Shown piece by piece: positions 44,940-54,630 of a stretch of 64,000 nt of DNA; the stretch's first letter is position 1, and the number at the start of each line of letters is the position of its first letter. The stretch lies in NCBI GenBank assembly GCA_016928575.1, contig JAFGKK010000068.1:26319-90318 (forward strand). The letters run 5' to 3'. Below the pieces are notes generated by a model. That model made no database searches and was not told where the DNA came from. It was given only the letters and a program-made list of their open reading frames with translations. Position numbers and translations under genes: made by a program. This DNA is from Anaerolineales bacterium. Its GTDB lineage: Bacteria; Chloroflexota; Anaerolineae; Anaerolineales; RBG-16-64-43.

Positions 44940-47258
44940 TCACCGCGCCTCCGCCTCTTTGGCCGAGATGGCGTCGAGGGGGAACTTCGCTTCGCATTTA
45001 ATGCATTGGGCCGTCTGCCGGCCGCTCAGAACCAGCAGGCCGCCGCATGCCGGGCAGGGGATGGGCAACGGTTTCTTCCATGAGGTGAAATCACAGGTCG
45101 GATAATTCGAGCAGGCGTAGAAGGTTCGTCCTTTGCGCGTCTTGCGCTCGACCAGGTCTCCGCCGTCCTTAGGGCAAGCCACGCCCGTCTTTTCCAGCCA
45201 GGGTTCCACGTAGCGGCAGGCGGGAAACGTCGAGCAGCCGATGAACTTCCCGAACCGCCCGAAGCGGATCACCAGCGGGTTGCCGCAGGTGGGGCAATCG
45301 CGTCCGGCCGGCTCCGGCTTGTCATCTGCCTTCGGGATCTCCTGCTCCGCGTGCTTGACGTCCCTGGAAAACGGCTCGTAGAATTCCTTAAGGGTCGCCG
45401 TCCAGTCGTGAGCCCCTTCGGCGATCTCGTCCAATTCGTCTTCCATGGTGGCTGTGAAACCGGTGTTGATCACGTCGGGAAAGTACGTGACCAGCATGTC
45501 GTTCACGGTAAAGCCGATTTCCGTCGGCAGCAGGCGCTTCTCTTCGCGGACGGCGTATCCGCGCTGTTGGATGGTGGACAAGATCGGAGCGTAGGTCGAC
45601 GGCCTGCCGATGTCGAACTCCTCCAGGGCGCGGATAAGCGCCGCCTCGGTGTAGCGGGGGGGCGGTTGGGTGAAATGCTGCTCGGGAAGCACGCCGATCA
45701 GCCGCAGCGGCTCGCCTTCCTCCAGGGGCGGAAGGGTCGCTTGGGCCTCTTCTTCCGCCTCCTGGTCCTCGTCCTTGGCTTCTTCGTAGACCGCCAGAAA
45801 CCCCTGGAAGCGCAACATGGCTCCAGAAGCCCGCAGAAGGTATTTCCGGGCCCCTGAGGCCTCTACATCGACCTGGACGGTATCAAATTGGGCCGGAGCC
45901 ATCTGCGAAGCCAAGAACCTCTGCCAGATCAGTCCGTAGAGCCGGTTCTGGTCCCGGCTGAGGTATTCCTGAAGCGCCTTCGGCTGACGCAGGACCGATG
46001 TCGGCCGAATGGCCTCATGCGCCTCCTGGGCGGAACGGGAGCGGGTCCGGTATTGGGGAGGTTCGGCCGGGAGGAATTCCTTGCCGAATTTCTCGGCGAT
46101 CCACTCCCGGGCTTCTTGCTGGGCAACTTCAGCCACTTGGGTGGAATCGGTGCGCATGTACGTGATCAGGCCGGTCATGCCCTGGGAATCGAGTTCCACG
46201 CCCTCGTACAATTGCTGAGCGATAGCCATTGTTTTCTTGGGAGAAAAGCCGAGTTTTCGGGACGCTTCCTGTTGCAGGGTGGAAGTGGTGAAGGGGGCGG
46301 ATGGATTCCGTTTCCGGATGCCCCGGCGCACCCGGGCCGCGAGGTAGGAAGCCTTTTCCAGATCGGCGGCCATGGACGCGGCGTCCGCCTGCGAACCCAA
46401 AGACACCTCCTGATCGTCCGCCTTCATTAATTTCGCGCGGAAGGCGATGCCGCCGTTCGTCTGCTTGGCGAGATCGGTTTCGATCGACCAATACTCCTTG
46501 GCCTCGAAGGCGTTGATCTCGCGCTCCCGTTCCACCACCAACCGCAGCGCCACCGATTGCACCCGCCCGGCCGAAAGCCGGCTGCGGACCTTGGCCCACA
46601 GCAGCGGACTGAGCATATAGCCGACCAGCCGGTCCAGGATTCTCCGGGCTTGCTGGGCGTTGACCAGGTTCATGTCGATTTCGCGCGGATGCCGGAAGGC
46701 CTCCTCGACCGCGGACCTCGTGATCTCGTGGAATACGACGCGGCGGGTCCGAGCGTCGTCCAATTCGACGGCTTCTTTTAGGTGCCAGGCGATGGCCTCC
46801 CCCTCCCGGTCCGGATCCGTGGCGAGGTACACCTCCTCGGATTGCTGGGCGAGGGCTTTTAATTCTTTCACCACCGGACGTTTTTCGTTGGGAATCCGGT
46901 ATTTCGGAGTGAAGCCGTTGTCGACGTCCACCGAAAGTTGGGAGCGCAGCAGGTCGCGCACGTGGCCGACGGAGGCCCGGACCTGGAACCCTTTGCCGAG
47001 AAACCGACCGACGGTTTTTGCCTTGGTCGGCGATTCCACGATCACCAGCTTTCCGTTCCGCTTGGGGCGTTTTGTCTCACGCTGGACCGGAGCGGGGGGC
47101 GTCAGGCCGGCGTGGGCCTCGGTCAAACCCATTTTTTGGATCTTCGTTCCGCAGACGGCGCAGAGGCCCTTGGTGGTCGGCCGGCCGTTGGAGAGAAAGG
47201 CCGGCTCCGGATGAGCGATCTCCCGTTTGGCCTTGCATTTTAGACAGTACCCTTCCAT
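44940..47258 (-). CDS. topA: DNA topoisomerase I with an extra N-terminal CxxC...CxxC ribbon
   Basis: TOPRIM is LVIVESPTKAKT. The active-site region reads YMRTDST. There are three C-terminal zinc ribbons. The N-terminus is MEGYCLKCKAK...CAVCGTKI. Start is ATG at 47258 or 47318. Confidence 0.9.
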   Translation of the reverse strand: MEGYCLKCKAKREIAHPEPAFLSNGRPTTKGLCAVCGTKIQKMGLTEAHAGLTPPAPVQRETKRPKRNGKLVIVESPTKAKTVGRFLGKGFQVRASVGHVRDLLRSQLSVDVDNGFTPKYRIPNEKRPVVKELKALAQQSEEVYLATDPDREGEAIAWHLKEAVELDDARTRRVVFHEITRSAVEEAFRHPREIDMNLVNAQQARRILDRLVGYMLSPLLWAKVRSRLSAGRVQSVALRLVVEREREINAFEAKEYWSIETDLAKQTNGGIAFRAKLMKADDQEVSLGSQADAASMAADLEKASYLAARVRRGIRKRNPSAPFTTSTLQQEASRKLGFSPKKTMAIAQQLYEGVELDSQGMTGLITYMRTDSTQVAEVAQQEAREWIAEKFGKEFLPAEPPQYRTRSRSAQEAHEAIRPTSVLRQPKALQEYLSRDQNRLYGLIWQRFLASQMAPAQFDTVQVDVEASGARKYLLRASGAMLRFQGFLAVYEEAKDEDQEAEEEAQATLPPLEEGEPLRLIGVLPEQHFTQPPPRYTEAALIRALEEFDIGRPSTYAPILSTIQQRGYAVREEKRLLPTEIGFTVNDMLVTYFPDVINTGFTATMEDELDEIAEGAHDWTATLKEFYEPFSRDVKHAEQEIPKADDKPEPAGRDCPTCGNPLVIRFGRFGKFIGCSTFPACRYVEPWLEKTGVACPKDGGDLVERKTRKGRTFYACSNYPTCDFTSWKKPLPIPCPACGGLLVLSGRQTAQCIKCEAKFPLDAISAKEAEAR

Positions 47259-47342
47259 AACCGCAAAAAACTCCGTTCTTGTAGAATGAGATACGATTTC
47301 TTCGCGGCGGCACGTCAAACTTAAACGCGTCCGATCCGCGGG

Positions 47343-48437
47343 TTATTTTTTGTATACGGCGTTATAAATTTCCCGGACGTCCTGAGACCTCCCGCTCCGG
47401 CAGACGAGGATGGCATCGTCCGTCTCGACGATGATGACGTCCTCCAAGCCGACGGTGGCCAGGATTCGGTCGTCTTGGATCCTGCGAAGGACGGTGACGG
47501 ATTTCGACCCCGCATCGAGATGCCGGCCCGCCGCACTCGAACGCAATTCCGGACGCTCGCGGTAAAGCTCGACCAGCGCGTCCCAACTGCCGATATCGGT
47601 CCAACCCAAATCCCGCGCCGAAAGGACCGCAACCCGTTCGGACTTTTCGAGGATCCCGTAATCCAGCGATACGGATGGGACGCCTTCCCAAAGCCTCTCG
47701 AAAACCCCGGCCTGCGCGTTCCCGCGCACCGCGTCCGTCAACGGATCCAGAACGGCTGCGATGGCCGGTTGGTGCCTGCGGAATTCTTCTGCGATCACAT
47801 CCGACCGCCAGAAGAACATTCCGGAATTCCAACTAAACCCGCCGCGGCGGATCATTTCGCGGGCTTGCTCCAAGTCGGGCTTCTCGGTGAAGCGCCGGAC
47901 CCGGTAGGCTGGGAAGCCTTCCACCGGTCCCAAAGCGTCGCCCTGTTCGATGTACCCGTATCCGGTGAGGGGACCGGACGGATCGATCCCGAGCGTTACC
48001 AAGTATCCGCGCTCGGCAAGGGTTTGGGCGGCGCGGACAAGCGCGCGGTACTTTGGCACGTCCGCGATGAAATGGTCCGAAGGCAGACAAGCCATCACGA
48101 ACTGCGGCACGCGGGCGCGCAGGCAAGCCAGGGCGAAGGCCGCCGCCGGGGCGGTGTTGCGCGGGCTGGGCTCGGAGAAAAAATTCCGATCCGGGACCGG
48201 CGTCCGCGCGGCCCGCAGCAGCCTTTCCAGCCTGCGGTTGGAAACGACAAAGACATCCTGCGGGGCGGCGACCCCCTCCAGGCGCTCAACGGTTAATTCG
48301 AACAGCGACCTCCCGCCCAACAGCGGCAGGCATTGCTTGGGTTCCTCTGGGCGCGAAAACGGCCACAACCGCGTGCCGCCGCCTCCGGCCATCAGCACCA
48401 CCAGCAAGGGAAGGTTGCCTTGCGGCTCGGTTTCCAT
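47343..48437 (-). CDS. Mannose-1-phosphate guanylyltransferase-like nucleotidyltransferase
   Basis: The N-terminus is LMAGGGGTRLWPFSR and the body is a GT-A-like NTP-transferase. The ATG overlaps the dprA TAA by 1 nt. Confidence 0.8.
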   Translation of the reverse strand: METEPQGNLPLLVVLMAGGGGTRLWPFSRPEEPKQCLPLLGGRSLFELTVERLEGVAAPQDVFVVSNRRLERLLRAARTPVPDRNFFSEPSPRNTAPAAAFALACLRARVPQFVMACLPSDHFIADVPKYRALVRAAQTLAERGYLVTLGIDPSGPLTGYGYIEQGDALGPVEGFPAYRVRRFTEKPDLEQAREMIRRGGFSWNSGMFFWRSDVIAEEFRRHQPAIAAVLDPLTDAVRGNAQAGVFERLWEGVPSVSLDYGILEKSERVAVLSARDLGWTDIGSWDALVELYRERPELRSSAAGRHLDAGSKSVTVLRRIQDDRILATVGLEDVIIVETDDAILVCRSGRSQDVREIYNAVYKK

Positions 48438-49552
48438 TAGGTCCGCCGATCTTCCGGCCCGACCGACGCCGCGGCGACATACTGCATGCCGCCGACCGGC
48501 CGGACCAGACCTTTCAATTCCATCAGCGCCAGCGTGCTGGAGACCGTCTCGACCGGCAGATCCACGCTGGCACGCACAAGATCAATATGCATTGGCTCCG
48601 AACCGATCGCCTCGAGGATCTTCGCTTCGATCGGGGTGGCCGGCACCGCCATCCGCATCTGCAACGCGGGCGCGATCCGTTCCGCATTCAGCGCGAGGAT
48701 GAGATCCTCGGGGGACAAGGCTGGCTGGGCTCCGTCCCCGATCAACCGGTTGCAGCCCCGGCTGGCGGGGCTGAGAATGCTGCCGGGAACGGCGAACACA
48801 TCCCGCCCGTAATCGCCTGCATAGGATGCGGTAAGCAAAGCGCCGCTTTCCTCTCCGGCTTCGACGACCAGCGTCGCCAGCGCCAATCCGGCGATGATTC
48901 GGTTGCGGGGAGGAAAATTGGCCGCATCGGGAGGCGTGCCCGGGGGATAATCGCTCAGCACCGCCCCGGATTCCGCAATCCGCCGAGTCAACCGCGCATG
49001 CTCGGGCGGATACACCACATCGGCTCCGCAACCCAGCACCGCCAGCGTGCGCCCGCCGCCTTCCAGCGCGGCTTGGTGCGCTTCGGCATCCACGCCGCGC
49101 GCCAGGCCGCTGACGACGGTGATCCCGCTTGACGCCAGCGCGGACGCGAACATCCGCGCGGCTTCCCGGCCGTAAGGGGTGGCCCGGCGCGTTCCCACCA
49201 CCGCCACCGCCAATCCATCCGCCGGAATAATTCCGCCGCGCAGGTAAAGAACCGGCGGAGGGGCCGGCAGCTCCTTTAATCGCGGCGGATAATCCGGATC
49301 CTCCCAAATCAACACCCGCAGCCCAAGCTCGGTGCAACGGTCCAGCAGCCGTCGCGGATCCAAGTGCGGACGGACGGCGGCGACGGCGGATGCGCTGCGT
49401 TCATCCAGACCGGCTTCCATGAGACCTGTCCGCGGGACTTCCCAGGCCGATTGCAGATTTCCGAAAGCCTTCAGCAACCGTTGAAATCGGACCGCACCGA
49501 TACCGCGGATGTGGTTGAAAGCGATCCAATATGCTCGTTCCACCGCCGTCAT
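48437..49552 (-). CDS. dprA: DNA-processing protein DprA
   Basis: The Rossmann-like DprA core reads VVSGLARGVDAEAHQAAL ... VVYPPEH ... LVVEAGEESGAL. A C-terminal winged-helix-like tail is present. Confidence 0.9.
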   Translation of the reverse strand: MTAVERAYWIAFNHIRGIGAVRFQRLLKAFGNLQSAWEVPRTGLMEAGLDERSASAVAAVRPHLDPRRLLDRCTELGLRVLIWEDPDYPPRLKELPAPPPVLYLRGGIIPADGLAVAVVGTRRATPYGREAARMFASALASSGITVVSGLARGVDAEAHQAALEGGGRTLAVLGCGADVVYPPEHARLTRRIAESGAVLSDYPPGTPPDAANFPPRNRIIAGLALATLVVEAGEESGALLTASYAGDYGRDVFAVPGSILSPASRGCNRLIGDGAQPALSPEDLILALNAERIAPALQMRMAVPATPIEAKILEAIGSEPMHIDLVRASVDLPVETVSSTLALMELKGLVRPVGGMQYVAAASVGPEDRRT

Positions 49553-49728
49553 GGTTCCCCCCCTGGATCAAAAAATCCGGGCTGAGAATACCACGAGCCC
49601 CGCAAATGGGTCAAGTTGCGCTTTTTTTCAGCGTTTTTTTCGAATTCCCGGAAAGACCGGACTCGGTTGGAGACAGGACGCCCCTGTCACGAATCTCCCA
49701 TAACACTCCGGAAGATATAATACCCCTT

Positions 49729-50985
49729 ATGCGCGTGGCAATGCTTTCATATCACACCTGCCCCTTGGCGGCGCTGGGGGGCAAAGACACCGGCGGCATG
49801 AACGTCTACGTCCGAGAATTGACCCGATCGCTTGGGAAGGCGGGCATCCGGGTGGACGTGTTTACCCGCTCCCAGGATGAGCACATTCCGCACGTCGTCC
49901 ATGATTTGGGGAATGGGAATCGCGTGATTCATATCCCGGCCGGACCGGAAAGTCCTCTGCCGCGGGATCGGCTTTCCCGCTACGTAGACGCGTTTGCGGA
50001 GGGAATCCGGCAGTTCGCCGCTGACAACGCACTCGCGTACGATCTGATCCACAGCCACTACTGGCTGTCCGGATTGGCGGGATTGGCCCTGAAACGGGAG
50101 TGGGGTTCCCCGCTTCTGCACATGTTCCACACGCTGGGGGAGATGAAAAACCGCCTGGGCGGAACCGTCGAGGATCCCGCGCGGCGCCAAGCCGAGAACG
50201 CCGTCCTTTCCGGCGCGGACCGGATCGTATCCGCCACCCCCGCGGAACGAATGCAATTGCATTGGCTGTACCAGGCGGATCCGCGCAAGGTGGTTGTTCT
50301 CCCTCCCGGAGTGGATCTCGAGCTGTTCCACCCGCATCCGGAGGCGGAAACGAGGCGGCGGCTCGGCCTTCCCGTCGACGCGCGGATGATCCTCTTCGTC
50401 GGCCGGATCGAGCGTCTGAAAGGCTTGGAGACTCTCCTGCGGGCGGCCGCGCTGCTGCAGGAGCGCGGTTTTCTTTCCCCTCCCTGCCCGTGCGTGATGG
50501 TCATCGGCGGGGAGCCCGATGCTCCGAAGGACGAAATGCAATACCTTCAAGACCTGCGGAAATCCCTCTCCCTTACCGGCGTGGTTACGTTTCTTGGGAA
50601 GCGGCCGCAGACCGAATTGCCCATGTATTATTCCTCGGCGCAAGCCGTCGTCATGCCATCGCAATACGAATCCTTCGGAATGGTCGCGCTGGAGGCGATG
50701 GCCTGCGGCACCCCGGTGGTGGCCTCCGGGGTGGGAGGCCTTCTGTACCTTGTCCGCGACGGCCGGACCGGTTACCACATCCCGGATTCCGATCCGAACG
50801 CGCTGGCGGACCGTCTTCAGCGGATCCTTTCCAACGAACGCCTGCGCCGCGAGCTGGGGCGCCATGCGGCCAATGTAGCCCACGGCTATTCCTGGGATCG
50901 GATTACCGACCAGATGCTGACCTTGTATGAAAGCGTCCTGGCCGGCTGTTATACATCGGATCCGAACATGGAACACGCGCATTGA
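49729..50985 (+). CDS. GT4 glycosyltransferase (MshA / sucrose-phosphate-synthase-like)
   Basis: ATG at 49729 gives MRVAMLSYHTCPLAALGGKDTGGMNVYV. The C-terminal motif is PSQYESFGMVALEAMACGTPVV. Confidence 0.85.
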   Translation: MRVAMLSYHTCPLAALGGKDTGGMNVYVRELTRSLGKAGIRVDVFTRSQDEHIPHVVHDLGNGNRVIHIPAGPESPLPRDRLSRYVDAFAEGIRQFAADNALAYDLIHSHYWLSGLAGLALKREWGSPLLHMFHTLGEMKNRLGGTVEDPARRQAENAVLSGADRIVSATPAERMQLHWLYQADPRKVVVLPPGVDLELFHPHPEAETRRRLGLPVDARMILFVGRIERLKGLETLLRAAALLQERGFLSPPCPCVMVIGGEPDAPKDEMQYLQDLRKSLSLTGVVTFLGKRPQTELPMYYSSAQAVVMPSQYESFGMVALEAMACGTPVVASGVGGLLYLVRDGRTGYHIPDSDPNALADRLQRILSNERLRRELGRHAANVAHGYSWDRITDQMLTLYESVLAGCYTSDPNMEHAH

Positions 50986-51534
50986 CCAGCTCCAGATCCA
51001 CCCCGTTGGCTTAAAGTAAATCCCTCGCATTTTCTCAACCTTCCCTGTAAACGTCCTCCCTTTGCTTTCCCTCGCTTTTCCTCGGGACAGGCGCTCGGGA
51101 CAAGGTCGGGCAACCATTCCTGGATTTGCTCCGGGATGGGCTTCCCAGACACCTCACATCGGAAAATGGGGGTAATGATTAACCCAACCGGAAAAAGGGG
51201 AGTCAGCTTATCTTCCTCCGCACCTTGTTATCCCTTTCCTAGCTTATGCAGGTGGAGGGGTAACAGGGATAGGACGATGAGGATTCCGTCGGATCCCGCG
51301 GACGGCGCAGAAAAATGTCTGTGCAGGGAAATCATTATTCGAGGCGATCATTCTGGGGAGTCGGACTGGGAGCCCGCCACCCGGAACGCCCATTCCGGGC
51401 GAAGCGAAGAAAACCAAGCGGAGGGTGCCGTCGCCGCGGTAATCTTCCGGGAAGAAGACTGAGAAGGGCGAGCGGGCACCCTTTGAATATGGACGGGCAG
51501 GCCTTGTCCAAAGGGGAAAGACCGGGGAGGAGGG

Positions 51535-52602
51535 TTACCCGAAATAAGAGCCCGTGGCCTGATACAGCGTGCAACGGTGGGCAAGGTACGCGGCGAGTTC
51601 GATGAGTTTCGTCTCGCGTTCCCTTTTCCGCAAGGCGAGGCGCAACTCCTTGGCGCGGTGGTGGCATTTATCCAGCAGGTCCTTCAACACCAGCGGATCG
51701 AACTTGGCGGGGGCCAAAACCCGCTTCATCAGGAAGGGGCGGTTCTCCTTCAAGTATCCGTCAGCCGGAAGATAGCTCGACTGAAGATCCGTGCGCGAAG
51801 GCATCCGATGGAACAGGCGCCGCAGATCGCCGTCCACGTATCCGGTGGCGCCCCGGCGGTAGCGGCGGATGTTTTTCGCTTTAAGGAACTCGGCCAAGGT
51901 CATCGTATTTTCGCTGATGGGCTCGTCCAGCATGGCCGGATCGTTGACCGTCTCCGGCTCCTTGCGGCGCAGGCTGTGCACGAGCTCGTCCACGTATTGT
52001 AGTTTCCGCAGTGCGCCGGGGAACCGGCGGTACTTCTTGCGCCAACTCCGGCGCGAGGAAAACCACTCGCAGAACGTTTCGGCGAAATCATCGTCGGGAT
52101 GCTTTTGGGCGTAGTGGTCGCCGGACGGGTTGACGTAATCCCGGCTCCAGGGATTGGCGCGCTCAACGTAGCGGTCCGTGACCGGATAGGTGTGGAAAAA
52201 ATGGCCGCGCACGTGAAAGGTCTCGCGGAAGTCCTTGCGCCGGTAAAGCTTGTAGGCGTAGCAAAAAGCATGGCCGACTTCGTGGCGCAGGGTGGCGAGG
52301 ATCTCCTCCGGGCTGTAGGACCAGCGCCGGTACTCCTTATGCAATTCGCGGATCAGGGCGTGCGCGTCGTAAAAACCGACCGCGATGTTGGTCGTCCCTT
52401 CCACCGTGCCGTATCCCGTGGAGAGGTAGAAATTCGGCTGGATGCGCTCCAGTTTCAGCCGCTTAAGGTCTTCGCGCAAAAGTAAGATCGCGTCACCGAC
52501 CGGTCCGTCGCTGATAGAGATCGGCAAATGCGACAGCGGCGTGAGCAGCAGCTCCAATTTGGTCGTTTTTGGGCCGAAAAGCAGGCGGCGCGAATGGCGC
52601 AC
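51535..52602 (-). CDS. Putative zinc metallopeptidase (HExxH)
   Basis: HEVGH occurs within TLRHEVGHAFCYAY. The protein is soluble, 355 aa. Confidence 0.55.
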   Translation of the reverse strand: MRHSRRLLFGPKTTKLELLLTPLSHLPISISDGPVGDAILLLREDLKRLKLERIQPNFYLSTGYGTVEGTTNIAVGFYDAHALIRELHKEYRRWSYSPEEILATLRHEVGHAFCYAYKLYRRKDFRETFHVRGHFFHTYPVTDRYVERANPWSRDYVNPSGDHYAQKHPDDDFAETFCEWFSSRRSWRKKYRRFPGALRKLQYVDELVHSLRRKEPETVNDPAMLDEPISENTMTLAEFLKAKNIRRYRRGATGYVDGDLRRLFHRMPSRTDLQSSYLPADGYLKENRPFLMKRVLAPAKFDPLVLKDLLDKCHHRAKELRLALRKRERETKLIELAAYLAHRCTLYQATGSYFG

Positions 52603-52670
52603 GGGATTACACCTTGCATTTCATGATTTCCATCAGCGCAGAATCGTTGCCGCTGACAAAGGATCGCGAG

Positions 52671-52743
52671 CGCCCCCGGAGGGATTCGAACCCCCAGCCT
52701 ACTGATTCGAAGTCAGCCGCTCTATCCTTTGAGCTACGGGGGC
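52671..52743 (-). tRNA. tRNA-Arg (anticodon TCG)
   Basis: A cloverleaf can be drawn by hand: acceptor GCCCCCG/CGGGGGC, D arm GCTC-AAAGGATA-GAGC, anticodon loop CTTCGAA, T arm GGGGG-TTCGAAT-CCCTC. CCA is not encoded. Confidence 0.9.
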
Positions 52744-53281
52744 GAACCGGTTATGGGGTTGAAAATCCACCGAATGGATGAATTGGACCCAAAAACCGAA
52801 AACGCGCAAAGATTATAACGCGCTAATTCGGCCTGTCAATGAAACACCGCACGGCTTGCCCACCGCTTCCTCCGCTTCGCGAGGCCAGGCGCGCGGTGTC
52901 GCGGAGCGCAATCCCGGCCTTGCCGCGGCGTGCCGGGGCGGGGCGCCAAGACCTGCGCATAGCGCGCGGGTACCCCGGCCGCGCTCGGCGAAGCGGGGCG
53001 GGATTCGACCGCCTTTTACAACTCCTTGGGAAAGACGAAAAAACGGCGTTTTACGCCGAAAAACTTCCCTTTTTTAGATTTTTCCGGCGCCTGGACGAGG
53101 AAACCGCTATTGGGCAACTCCCTTTGATTTCGATTTCACCTTTTTGGGATCAGGCTTTTTTCCCTTCTGGGGAGAACCCGCAGGAGTTGCTGCACTGGAA
53201 GAACCCGCGGCGGCCGCGGCGCACGGATTGGCTTCCCGGAGAACGTATTGGTAGATCGGAATCAATTGCAGGAAGAAAAAA

Positions 53282-54385
53282 TCAGCCCGCACTCTGAACC
53301 GTGAAATACGTGTAATGGTATTGGATTTTTCCGTCTCGGATCCCGATCGTATCGTTGCCGTCGTGGACGGATCCCGCTTGGCTGGTTGCGGTCCAGGAGA
53401 TGTGGCGGGAATTGCCCGTCCCGCTGAATCCGTTCAGTTGGAACAGCGCGCCGGGAAGCCGTTCGGTGAACAATTGCGCATACCAATCCAATATCGCCTG
53501 GATCCCGACGACGGTTCGGGCTCCGGTGACGTGGGCGGCGTTGTCTTGGTAGAGGGAGATCACCCGGTTGGGGTCGTGGGTATTCCACAGACCGGGTAGC
53601 TGCTGGGCGATGTCCGCGGCCGGGGCCGGCGGCCAAGGGAAATTGGCGACCGCGTTCCACAAATCCAAGTAACTGGATTGCGTGGAATAGTCCCACGACC
53701 AGAAATTGGCGCCGGTCAGCCCGAGCTCAAGCGCCTTCTGCATGAAGGCGGTCAATTCCGAAGCGGCCGGGCGCCATCCGCCGTTGGAGTAAGCCGGCCC
53801 GGTGGGGATGATCGGACGGAAGGGGGAGATTTTTCGGAACTCCTCGACGCACCGCTGCAGCTGTTCCGCGCCGTTGTGCGACCCCTCCCAGTACACCTGC
53901 GGAAAATTGTAGTCGCAATACTCAAGGAACACGGACCATGGGAAGGCGGTGTGGTACTGCGGAAATCGGTAGGAGGAAAGGGCGATCGGCATGGAACCCA
54001 GCCCCGCCCGAAGCTGCTGGCAAAAGGTTCGGGCGACCGCCGCCCGGCCCGAATATTGGAATTCCGCCTCGGCATCGATGACGTACCCATCCAGGTTGAG
54101 GGGAAGGGTCCGCTGGACGGCCACCCGGGCTTCCGCCGCCGGATCGTATCCGTAAACGTAATGCCAGCCCCAGGCTTGGATTCCGCGGGCGTGGAGGGCG
54201 GCGACGACCGGCGGAACCAAATCCCGCCCGTTCCGGTCGATGTTAAATGCGTTCCCGGCGTCGGCGATTTTAATCAGCACGTGGCTCAATCCCGCCGCCT
54301 CGGCGCGGGCGGCGATCTGCGTTGCGTTGCCGGATTCGCAGTGCGGGATCTGCCAGATGTAGAAGCCTTTTCCGTTCAGCGCCAT
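53282..54385 (-). CDS. Hypothetical protein: TIM-barrel-like (glycoside-hydrolase-like) N-domain fused to an NTF2/SnoaL-like C-domain
   Basis: ATG at 54385 follows a GGAGGA RBS. The N-domain has alternating beta/alpha segments (GFYIWQI, HVLIKIAD, IQAWGWHYVY, GYVIDAE). The C-terminal ~120 aa resemble the NTF2 fold (VISLYQDNAAHV ... IQYHYTYFTV). Confidence 0.5.
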   Translation of the reverse strand: MALNGKGFYIWQIPHCESGNATQIAARAEAAGLSHVLIKIADAGNAFNIDRNGRDLVPPVVAALHARGIQAWGWHYVYGYDPAAEARVAVQRTLPLNLDGYVIDAEAEFQYSGRAAVARTFCQQLRAGLGSMPIALSSYRFPQYHTAFPWSVFLEYCDYNFPQVYWEGSHNGAEQLQRCVEEFRKISPFRPIIPTGPAYSNGGWRPAASELTAFMQKALELGLTGANFWSWDYSTQSSYLDLWNAVANFPWPPAPAADIAQQLPGLWNTHDPNRVISLYQDNAAHVTGARTVVGIQAILDWYAQLFTERLPGALFQLNGFSGTGNSRHISWTATSQAGSVHDGNDTIGIRDGKIQYHYTYFTVQSAG

Positions 54386-54630
54386 GGATTCCTCCACAAA
54401 GGGGACGCCCACATCCCAACCGGCGGAAGAACAGCCAAAGCCCGCCGGAGCCGAGTCGCCTTGGGAGGATCCGTGCAAGGAAAATGCCACCTGATTCCTT
54501 GCTTCTCCCTCCCGTTAGCTCGGGCCAAGATCCTTGCCTCCGCAAGGAAGGCAAATACAGCCCGAGGAAGCGGGATTGGGAGGGGCAGGGGACGGGCGAG
54601 GTATACTTACCGGAACAATCAGCAACGGCT

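Noticed and set aside
49747-51117. 456-aa antisense ORF opposite the GT4 gene
   Set aside because: It is a GC-rich antisense artefact. The GT4 frame has clear family motifs.
51000-51534. Possible gene in the 0.5 kb convergent gap (for example 51136..51462, 108 aa)
   Set aside because: There is no RBS and no recognisable motif, and the composition is mixed. The gap may contain a degenerate copy of the intergenic repeat instead. It is left unannotated.
53107-53292. 61-aa minus-strand ORF ending in a Lys-rich tail (KGKKPDPKKVKSKSKGVAQ), followed by a weak terminator near 53040-53075
   Set aside because: The start overlaps the upstream gene and no internal start or RBS is convincing. It is a possible small basic protein, but the evidence is too thin to call.
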